Origin: an uncultured Lentisphaeraceae bacterium
Lineage (GTDB): Bacteria; Verrucomicrobiota; Kiritimatiellia; RFP12; UBA1067
Length of the DNA stretch: 46,385 nt
Direction: 5' to 3'
Assembly (NCBI GenBank): GCA_964400635.1
Contig: CAYNVE010000001.1
Span: 1 to 46,385 of the forward strand
The translations under genes were made by a program, and so were the position numbers. Numbering within the stretch: the stretch's first letter is position 1; each line of letters starts with the position of its first letter. The notes under the pieces are model-generated. The model worked only from the letters and a program-made list of their open reading frames with translations, ran no database searches and was not told the origin of the DNA. Of this stretch, positions 17,055-24,758 are shown piece by piece.

Positions 17055-17881
17055 AAAGCCAAATCAACACCCTGCGCCAGATCCAAGAACTCGTTCTGAC
17101 GCGCGATGAGCACAACCAGAACGGTGACGGAAGCCGCCTCGACCAGTTGGACGATGCGATTGACGCGCTTAAAGCGAAACTCGAACCCCAGATCGCCGCG
17201 CTCTATCAGCGCCTCTACAAGAAGAGCCACATCGTCATTTCGGCGATGACGAATAACGGCTGCGCGGTTTGCGGTATGCAGGTGCCAATCGCGCAGGTTC
17301 AGCAGGTGCGCCTCGGTCAGCACCTCGTCACGTGCTCAAGTTGTGGGCGCATCCTTTTTGCCGCCGAGGCCGATGCCGCGCGCAATGTGACCGAGCCGGC
17401 GCATGACGAGGAGCCGAAGACGGGTATCTCGCGCTTCAGTTCCGAGGATCTCATGATCGTCGACCTCGGCAAGGTTGACCGCGTCGGCGCGATCGAGAAG
17501 CTCGCTCAGGCGATGGAAAAAGCCCATTTCATCAGCAACTCCGAGAGCCTCGTCACCGCGGCGATGGAGCGCGAGAACGTCCTCTCGACGGCGATGGGCG
17601 AGGGCGTGGCGTTTCCGCATGTGCGCGGCGTTGAGGGTGGCGCGCTCACATTCGCGCTTGGCATCTCCAAAGACGGCATTGACTGGGATGGCGAAAACCG
17701 CGTCCAGATTGTCATTCTCTCGGCGATCCCCGTCGCGGTCTCGGCGTTCTACATCCGCCTCGTCTCGGGCCTCGTGCAGGCGATTGGCAAAGAGGCGTGC
17801 CGCGCCGCGCTCTTCGAGGCACCCGATTCGGCCGCGCTCTGGAAGGCGCTCGCGAAGGCGACGCGCACGACCATTCGGTAA
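17051..17881 (+). CDS. fusion protein: coiled coil + C4 zinc ribbon (zf-RING_7/COG1579-like) + PTS EIIA type-2 (PtsN-like) domain
   Basis: CAVCGMQVP...VTCSSCGRILF zinc ribbon after a short coiled coil. C-terminal half carries ERENVLSTAMGEGVAFPHVRG (EIIA-2 phospho-His motif) and VQIVILSAIP. ATGA overlap with the DtxR-like gene. Confidence 0.8.
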   Translation: MKSQINTLRQIQELVLTRDEHNQNGDGSRLDQLDDAIDALKAKLEPQIAALYQRLYKKSHIVISAMTNNGCAVCGMQVPIAQVQQVRLGQHLVTCSSCGRILFAAEADAARNVTEPAHDEEPKTGISRFSSEDLMIVDLGKVDRVGAIEKLAQAMEKAHFISNSESLVTAAMERENVLSTAMGEGVAFPHVRGVEGGALTFALGISKDGIDWDGENRVQIVILSAIPVAVSAFYIRLVSGLVQAIGKEACRAALFEAPDSAALWKALAKATRTTIR

Positions 17882-18864
17882 TGCGGCGCATCGGCCTTTT
17901 CTTTCTCGCGGCGCTCTTCGGCTTTTCGTGCGCCGCCACGACGCCCATGATGGCCGCCCCCTACCAAGGGGCGGCCTCTTGCGACGAGACGGGGCGCATC
18001 CTTTTTGCGGACTTCTCCTCGCGCCCCGCGTACATCGCGAGCGTGACGAAGATTATGACGGCGCTCCTCGTTTTGGAGGACGTGCGCGCGAAGAAATACG
18101 GCTTCTTCGACGAGGTGACGGCAACGGATGCGGCGCGGCTTTCTGAGCCGAGTTGGGTCGGGCTTCGCGCGGGCGAGCGCATGCGCGTTCGGGATCTTCT
18201 TCTCGCTCTCATGGTCGAGAGCGCGAACGATGCGGCCATCGTCCTCGCCGTCCATTCATCGGGCTCGCTCGAGGCCTTCGTGCGGCGCATGAACGCGCGT
18301 GCCGCCGCGCTCGGCATGACGAAGACGCTCTACTTTAACCCGAACGGCTTGCCGCCGAACAAGTCGCGCCACTACCCGTGGACATCGTTCAATGTCTCGA
18401 CGGCGGAAGATCAGCTGAAACTCGCGTGCGCGATTTTGAAGTATCCCGAGATTCTTGAGTTCACCTCGGTGAAGACGGCCGATCTTATCAAGACACCGAC
18501 GGGCTATCGCGTGAACGTGACGCGGCAAGCGAACCGCCCCGAGCGGACAACGCGCCTCGGCGCGGACGAGACGCTTGTTAAGACATTCGTCAACCACAAC
18601 AACGTCATGGTGAAAGACGAGCAGAAGGTCGTCTCGGCCGACGGCCGCGAATGCGTGGACGGGCTCAAGACGGGCTACATCGAGGCGGGTGGCAGTAGTG
18701 TCGTTCTGACGGCGCGCGACAAGGGGCGGCGCGTCATCGTGGCCGTCCTCGGCTCGGACAAGCGACTGGATGTGAAAGGGCGCGTCCTTCGAAAGAGTTC
18801 GGAGGTGCGCGACGAAGAGGCGCGGCAGCTTCTTCTTGACGCGCTTTCGTCATGCGCGTGGTAG
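17881..18864 (+). CDS. D-alanyl-D-alanine carboxypeptidase (peptidase S11, PBP5/6-like)
   Basis: Signal peptide MRRIGLFFLAALFGFSCA. SxxK (ASVTK), SxN (SAND) and KTG (LKTGY) motifs. Start ATG 17881 shares one nt with the upstream TAA. Confidence 0.88.
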   Translation: MRRIGLFFLAALFGFSCAATTPMMAAPYQGAASCDETGRILFADFSSRPAYIASVTKIMTALLVLEDVRAKKYGFFDEVTATDAARLSEPSWVGLRAGERMRVRDLLLALMVESANDAAIVLAVHSSGSLEAFVRRMNARAAALGMTKTLYFNPNGLPPNKSRHYPWTSFNVSTAEDQLKLACAILKYPEILEFTSVKTADLIKTPTGYRVNVTRQANRPERTTRLGADETLVKTFVNHNNVMVKDEQKVVSADGRECVDGLKTGYIEAGGSSVVLTARDKGRRVIVAVLGSDKRLDVKGRVLRKSSEVRDEEARQLLLDALSSCAW

Positions 18865-18898
18865 GCGAAAAAAAAGAGACACGAAAGGCGAAAAGAGA

Positions 18899-19678
18899 AT
18901 GAAACCTTTTTCCGAGATTCTGGATGACGTGAAAGGGCGTATTGCGGCGGCGTGCGCGCGTGCGCATCGCGAGGCGAGCGAGGTCGAGATTGTCGCCGTC
19001 ACGAAGACGCACGGCGCGGATGTCGTGCGCGAGGCCTACGAGGCGGGGCTTTCCGTCATTGGAGAAAACAAGGTGCAGGAGGCGGCGTGGAAGAAGAGCC
19101 TGTCGCCCGCCGGGCTTGACTGGCACCTCATCGGACACCTTCAGGGCAACAAGGTGCGCCACGCGCTTCAGGTCTTCGATGTCATTCATTCCGTTGATTC
19201 GGCGAAACTTCTCATGCGTCTTCAGCAACTCGCCGACGAGATGGGCAAGAGCCCGCGCATTCTCCTCGAAGTCAACGTCTCGGGCGAGAAGTCAAAAACG
19301 GGCATGCCGCTTGCCGACGTGGACGAGGCCGTGCGCACGATTCTGGATTCGTGCCCACGCCTGACTTTCGAGGGCTTCATGACGATGGCGCCGTTCTCGG
19401 AAGATCCCGAGGACGCGCGGCCCTACTTCCGCCGCTTGCGTGAGTTGCGCGATGAGACGGAGAAAAAGTTTTCGCTGTGTCTGCCGCGCCTGTCGATGGG
19501 CATGAGTGGTGACTTTGAGGTGGCAATCGAAGAGGGCGCGACGTGGGTGCGTCTCGGCACCGTTCTCTTCGGCTCGCGCCCCAAACTGAAGCGTCCGCAG
19601 GCCGAGGGCGATGAGGCGTCTTTCGGCGGGCTCGACTCGTATTCAGGCGCGGGCCCGACCGTCCGCATTCTCGACTAA
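18899..19678 (+). CDS. yggS: YggS-family pyridoxal-phosphate homeostasis protein
   Basis: VAVTKTH (PLP Lys), IGENKVQE, WHLIGHLQGNKV, MGMSGDF motifs. Start ATG 18899 rather than 18836. About 30-aa C-terminal extension. Confidence 0.88.
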   Translation: MKPFSEILDDVKGRIAAACARAHREASEVEIVAVTKTHGADVVREAYEAGLSVIGENKVQEAAWKKSLSPAGLDWHLIGHLQGNKVRHALQVFDVIHSVDSAKLLMRLQQLADEMGKSPRILLEVNVSGEKSKTGMPLADVDEAVRTILDSCPRLTFEGFMTMAPFSEDPEDARPYFRRLRELRDETEKKFSLCLPRLSMGMSGDFEVAIEEGATWVRLGTVLFGSRPKLKRPQAEGDEASFGGLDSYSGAGPTVRILD

Positions 19679-19689
19679 ACAAGGCGTGC

Positions 19690-20403
19690 GTGGTGGAGGG
19701 GCGTCGCGAGATTCTGGTCGTGGACGACGAGCGCGCGCTCGTCCTGTCGCTTACGGCACTTCTGGAGGGCGCGGGCTATCGCGTTCGCACGGCATCGGAC
19801 GGCGCGACGGCGCTCGCGGCCTACTTTGCGCATCGCCCCGATCTCGTCCTTCTTGATGTCATGATGCCGTGCGTCGGCGGGCACGATGTCTGTCGCACGA
19901 TTCGCGCGCATGACGCGACGACGCCGATTCTCTTTTTGACCGCGTATGGCGACGAGAAGAGCGAGATTGACGGCCTTGCGCTTGGCGCGGACGACTATCT
20001 TGAGAAGACGCTTTCAGACGAACTTCTCCTCTCGCGCATTGCCGCCGCCTTGCGCCGCGCCGAGGCGAAACCGAAGAGCACGACGACGAGCGACTTCGCG
20101 TTCGGCGTGTGGCGCGTCATGCCAAACGACTTTTCCATGTGCCGAGACGATGGCGCGCGCGTTCCGCTTGCCGACCGCGAGATTGCGCTTCTGCGCCTCT
20201 TTTCGGCGCATCCAACCGAGGCTCTTTCGCGCGACTTTCTCCTCGCACAGGCGTGGGGCGGCAAGGCGGCGGTCTCGGACGGCGCGCTCTCGGTCGCGAT
20301 GAGCCTTCTTCGTGAAAAACTCGGCGAGGAGGGCGCACGCATCGAGACTGTCCACGGCGTCGGCTATTCCTACCGTCCGTCCAGAAAGGGAGATACGACA
20401 TGA
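19690..20403 (+). CDS. OmpR-family response regulator (receiver + winged helix)
   Basis: ILVVDDE, LVLLDVMMP (phospho-Asp), ADDYLEK, C-terminal ...IETVHGVGYSY. No histidine kinase adjacent. Confidence 0.85.
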   Translation: MVEGRREILVVDDERALVLSLTALLEGAGYRVRTASDGATALAAYFAHRPDLVLLDVMMPCVGGHDVCRTIRAHDATTPILFLTAYGDEKSEIDGLALGADDYLEKTLSDELLLSRIAAALRRAEAKPKSTTTSDFAFGVWRVMPNDFSMCRDDGARVPLADREIALLRLFSAHPTEALSRDFLLAQAWGGKAAVSDGALSVAMSLLREKLGEEGARIETVHGVGYSYRPSRKGDTT

Positions 20404-23147
20404 AAAAACTCTTCATCATCGACCTCATGCCGTTCCTCTACAAGGGGCACTTCGTCTTTCTGCGCAACCCGCGCCTCACGACGACGGGCGTCAACACGTC
20501 TGCGCTTCTCGGCTTCGTGAATGGGCTTAAAGGCATCCTCAAGGCCGAAAGCCCCACCCATGTCGTCCTCGCGATGGATCCGCTTGGGCCGACATTCCGC
20601 CACGAGGCATACCCCGCGTATAAGGCACAGCGCGAGAAGATGCCCGAGGACATCGCCGCGGCCATCCCGCAGGCGTTTGAGGTTGCCGAGGCACTCAAGA
20701 TTCCCGTCGTGCGCGTCGACGGTTTTGAGGCTGACGATGTGATGGGCACGCTGGCCGTTCAGGGCGCGGCGGCGGGCTTTGAGGTTTACCTCGCGACGCC
20801 CGACAAAGATGCCGCACAACTTGTCCGCCCCCATGTCTTTCTCTACCGCCCCTCGCACGCGGGCGACGCGGCCGAGATTTACGACGAGGCGAAGGTCTGC
20901 GAACACTGGCATCTTTCCTCGCCCGCGCAAATGATCGACTACCTCGCGCTCGCGGGCGATGCCTCCGACAACATCCCGGGGATTCGCGGCGTCGGCGAGA
21001 AGACGGCCGCGCAACTTCTTTCGGAATATGGCACGGTCGAGGGCATTCTTGAAAATCAGCCGAAGCTTAAAGGCAAGCTCGCCGAGAAGGTGCTTGCGGG
21101 TCGCGAGGATGCGACAATCTCGAAGTTTTTGACGACGATTCGGACGGACGTGCCGCTTACGGCTGACTGGGAGGCGATGGCGCGCGGGCCCATCGATGCC
21201 GCGCGCCTCGCGGCCGTCTGCGCGAAATACGAGCTCAATCGTCTTGCGAAGGATCTCCTCGGCGATGGCGCGTCCACGGCGGCGGAGGAAGAAAGGTTGG
21301 CGCGTCCCCTCGCGTCAATTGAGACGACACCACACGACTACCGCCACGTCGCGACGGAGGAGGAAGCGCGCGCGCTTTTGGAGGAATTGAAGGGCTTTGA
21401 ACGCATCGCCTTCGATACGGAGACGGCCGCCCTTGACGCGGACCATTCGGCGACCGATGTGCGCACGTGCCGCCTCTTGGGACTTTCTCTCGCCGTCCAG
21501 AAGGGGCGCGCGTGGTATGTGGACGGCTCGCTTGTGGACATCTTCCGTCCGCTCTTTGCCGATGCGACGAAGATTTTTGTCGGCCACAACGTGAAGTTCG
21601 ACCGCGCCGTCCTGTTGCGCCACGGCATCGGCTTCGCTTCGACGCCGCGCGACACGATGCTCGCGCACTACTGCCTTGATGCGGCCGCGCGCCACGGCCT
21701 TAAGGAACTTTCGGAGCAACTTCTTTCCTATCGCATGATCCGCTTTGAGGATGTTGCCATCGGCGGCGCGCGCGGCAAGGGAGAAATGACGCTCGTCGGC
21801 CAGGAGATTGCGCGCGTTGTTGACTACGCCGCCGAGGATGCCGATGTCACGCTTCAACTTGACGACCTTCTGCGCGAGAAGGCACTCGATCTCTCGCGCG
21901 TCGCCGAGGCATCGAAGGAGAAGATTGTTTACGCGCTCTCGGATGTCGAGGAGCCACTCGTCAAGATCCTCCTTGATATGGAACGCGAGGGTGTGCGCCT
22001 CGACACGGCCGCGCTCAAGGACTACGGCCGCGAACTCGACCGCGAGATCCTCGCGCGTGTGCAGGAGATCCGCGCCTACGCAGAGCCAGGCTTCAACCCC
22101 GATAGCCCCCGCCAACTCGGCGCGCTCCTCTTCGATAAGCTCGGTCTTCCGGGCGGCAAGAAGACGGCGAGCGGGCAGTACGCGACGGACGAGAAGACAC
22201 TCTCGAAACTTCTTGACGCGCACCCGATTATTTCGCGCGTTCTCGAATACCGCGCCTGCGCCAAACTAAAGTCGACCTATGTGGATAAGTTGCCCACGCG
22301 CGTTGATGAGGCCTCGCGCATCCACACGACTTACGCGCAGGCCTTCACCGAGACGGGGCGACTCTCCTCATCAGACCCGAACCTCCAGAACATCCCCGTC
22401 CGCACCGAGCGCGGCCGACTCATTCGTCGCGCCTTCGTTGCGCGCGACGATGATCACGTTCTTCTCTCGGCCGACTACTCGCAGATCGAACTGCGCCTCA
22501 TGGCGGCCTTCTCGGGTGACGAAGCGATGCTCGAGGCGTTTCGCAGTGGCGAGGACATCCACCGCGACACGGCCGCGCGCGTCTACGACGTCATGCCGGC
22601 GTTCGTCACCGACGAGCAACGCGCGCGGTGCAAGATGGTTAACTTTGGCATCATCTACGGCATCTCGCCGTTTGGCCTCTCGCAACGGCTCAAGGTCTCG
22701 CGCAAAGAGGCGGCCGATCTCATCGAGACATATTTTAAACTCTACCCGAAGGTGCGCGATTATATGTCTGCGGCCGTCGAGAAAGCACGCAAGAACGGCT
22801 ACGCCGAGACCGTCCTCGGGCGGCGGCGTACGTTGCGCGACATCGCCTCGCGCAACGCGACTGTGCGTCAGGCCGCAGAGCGCGACGCGATCAATACGCC
22901 CATTCAGGGGAGCGCGGCCGACCTCATCAAAATCGCGATGGTGCGCATCGCGCAGGCGTTCCGCGACGAGGCCGTGCGTGCGAAGATGGTTCTTCAGATT
23001 CATGACGAACTCGTTTTCGACGTGCCGAAGGACGAGGTCGAGAAGGTCTCGGCAATCGTGCGACGCGAGATGACGGGTGCGTACGATTTCGGCGTGCCGC
23101 TCGACGTGAGCCTCGGTACGGGCGCGAACTGGCTTGAGGCGCATTGA
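20400..23147 (+). CDS. polA: DNA polymerase I
   Basis: 5'-nuclease domain, 3'-5' exo motif IAFDTET, pol motifs LLSADYSQIELR, KMVNFGIIYG, QIHDELVFD. 915 aa. Confidence 0.97.
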   Translation: MKKLFIIDLMPFLYKGHFVFLRNPRLTTTGVNTSALLGFVNGLKGILKAESPTHVVLAMDPLGPTFRHEAYPAYKAQREKMPEDIAAAIPQAFEVAEALKIPVVRVDGFEADDVMGTLAVQGAAAGFEVYLATPDKDAAQLVRPHVFLYRPSHAGDAAEIYDEAKVCEHWHLSSPAQMIDYLALAGDASDNIPGIRGVGEKTAAQLLSEYGTVEGILENQPKLKGKLAEKVLAGREDATISKFLTTIRTDVPLTADWEAMARGPIDAARLAAVCAKYELNRLAKDLLGDGASTAAEEERLARPLASIETTPHDYRHVATEEEARALLEELKGFERIAFDTETAALDADHSATDVRTCRLLGLSLAVQKGRAWYVDGSLVDIFRPLFADATKIFVGHNVKFDRAVLLRHGIGFASTPRDTMLAHYCLDAAARHGLKELSEQLLSYRMIRFEDVAIGGARGKGEMTLVGQEIARVVDYAAEDADVTLQLDDLLREKALDLSRVAEASKEKIVYALSDVEEPLVKILLDMEREGVRLDTAALKDYGRELDREILARVQEIRAYAEPGFNPDSPRQLGALLFDKLGLPGGKKTASGQYATDEKTLSKLLDAHPIISRVLEYRACAKLKSTYVDKLPTRVDEASRIHTTYAQAFTETGRLSSSDPNLQNIPVRTERGRLIRRAFVARDDDHVLLSADYSQIELRLMAAFSGDEAMLEAFRSGEDIHRDTAARVYDVMPAFVTDEQRARCKMVNFGIIYGISPFGLSQRLKVSRKEAADLIETYFKLYPKVRDYMSAAVEKARKNGYAETVLGRRRTLRDIASRNATVRQAAERDAINTPIQGSAADLIKIAMVRIAQAFRDEAVRAKMVLQIHDELVFDVPKDEVEKVSAIVRREMTGAYDFGVPLDVSLGTGANWLEAH

Positions 23148-23197
23148 CGAAGATCGGCGAATGCGGAAAATCGAAAAGGAAAAGGAGAAAAGACACG

Positions 23198-23956
23198 ATG
23201 AGTTGGAAGGGGATGGCCTTTGGCGGCGGGATTGGCGCGTTTTTGGGCGGGCCCCTCGGGGCGATTATTGGCGCGGCGATTGGAAACGCCGTTGAGAATC
23301 ATCTTTCCGAGGACGCGCCAAAAGCGGAGAACGCGAGTGAGCCGTTTCTTATCTACGCCTCGCTCGCCGCGATGCTTGCGAAGATGGCGAAGGCCGACGG
23401 GCGCGTGACCTCAGACGAAATTGCGCATGTTGAGCGCGTCTTCTCCGAGATGAAGGTGCCCGCCGTCGTGCGCCGCTACATGATCGATGTCTTCCGACAG
23501 GCGAAGGACGACACGGCGCACACAATCTATGACTATGCGCGCGACTTTGCGTCGCTCGTCGCGTCGGTCGAGATGCGCGAGTTCGTCTACGAGGTGCTCT
23601 GGAGTCTCGCGAAGGCCGACGGGACGATCACGCGCGAGGAGCTTTCTATTCTCGCGCATCTTCCGCGCGCGCTCGGTGTCCGCGCCGAATGGTACGGCGT
23701 CTTCAAGAACCAGTACATGAGCGAGGTGCCGCGCGACGACCTCAAGGAGGCGTACGCCGTTCTGGGCGCGAGCGAGGGTGACTCGATGGAGACTTTGAAG
23801 AAGAAGTATCGCGAACTCGCGAAGAAGAATCACCCCGATGCCTTGCGCGCGCAGGGGCTTCCCGAGGAACTCATCGGCAAGGCGACCGAGCGCATGGGCC
23901 GCATCAACGCCGCGTGGGCGACGATTCGCGCCGCACGAGGGGAAAATGGCACTTGA
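23198..23956 (+). CDS. djlA: DjlA-like co-chaperone (Gly-rich membrane N-terminus, TerB-like domain, C-terminal J domain)
   Basis: AKADGRVTSDEIAHVE and AKADGTITREEL (TerB repeats). J domain YAVLGA...LKKKYRELAKKNHPD. Start ATG 23198 with SD aaggag. Confidence 0.82.
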   Translation: MSWKGMAFGGGIGAFLGGPLGAIIGAAIGNAVENHLSEDAPKAENASEPFLIYASLAAMLAKMAKADGRVTSDEIAHVERVFSEMKVPAVVRRYMIDVFRQAKDDTAHTIYDYARDFASLVASVEMREFVYEVLWSLAKADGTITREELSILAHLPRALGVRAEWYGVFKNQYMSEVPRDDLKEAYAVLGASEGDSMETLKKKYRELAKKNHPDALRAQGLPEELIGKATERMGRINAAWATIRAARGENGT

Positions 23957-23981
23957 ACGGATTTGGCAAATGTGCGATAAT
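23953..23981 (+). promoter_or_regulatory. sigma70-type promoter TTGAAC-17-GATAAT for the pseudopilin gene
   Basis: -35 at 23953-23958, -10 at 23976-23981, overlapping the last codons of the djlA-like gene (stop 23954-23956). Confidence 0.5.
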
Positions 23982-24020
23982 AGAAGAAATCGTTTTACTG
24001 ACAATAAAAGGGAAAAGAAC

Positions 24021-24758
24021 ATGAACAAGCAGAAAAGCGGCTTTACGCTCGTCGAACTTCTCGTCGTCATCGGCATTCTCGGCATCTTGATGGGTGCTCT
24101 CTTTCCGGCGATTTCCACCGCCATGCTTTCGGCGCAGACGAATGCGCTCTCGATGCACGGTCGCAACCTCTTTATCGGTATCACCCAGGCGAACGTCGAC
24201 CGCGAGAGCCACGGCCGCGAGTCGGTCTGGCCGAAGAACAACAGCGACACGGCGGGCGGCACGGGCGACGACATCGCCGACAAGAAGTATTCCTCCGATG
24301 CCGACTCCTACTTCGAGGATCTCTTCGACATGGACAACTACGGTACGACGGAATGGAGCCCGTTCGTTGATGTTGACATCAAGTTCCTTTCGGGCGCGGG
24401 CGTTCCGGCCTACAAGGGCAACAAGTCGCTGAAGGGCTGCATTGCGTGGAAGATTGTCACCGACCTGACCGACGATATGCCCGACGTCATCCCGGTTCTC
24501 GTTTCGCGCAACCTCTCGACCGACACGTTCGCGAAGAGCTCCACGCTTGACACGCTCTCGCAGACGACGCAGGTTAAGCAGGACAGCTCTTACACGCAGC
24601 CCTTCGGCAAGAAGGCCTCCGTCGTCATCCACAAGGGCGGCGCGGCGAGCGTCTACAAGGGTCGCTACCAGTCGCTCGCGGATATCTACGACAAGCAGAC
24701 GGTGACGTTCTCCGACAACGCGCAGATTGACTACCTCAAGCCGTCGACCTCGAAGTAA
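24021..24758 (+). CDS. prepilin-type N-terminal cleavage/methylation domain protein (type II secretion/type IV pilin-like pseudopilin)
   Basis: MNKQKSGFTLVELLVVIGILGIL: class III signal peptide with G/F cleavage site and Glu+5. Start ATG 24021, not the track's 23838. Confidence 0.88.
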   Translation: MNKQKSGFTLVELLVVIGILGILMGALFPAISTAMLSAQTNALSMHGRNLFIGITQANVDRESHGRESVWPKNNSDTAGGTGDDIADKKYSSDADSYFEDLFDMDNYGTTEWSPFVDVDIKFLSGAGVPAYKGNKSLKGCIAWKIVTDLTDDMPDVIPVLVSRNLSTDTFAKSSTLDTLSQTTQVKQDSSYTQPFGKKASVVIHKGGAASVYKGRYQSLADIYDKQTVTFSDNAQIDYLKPSTSK

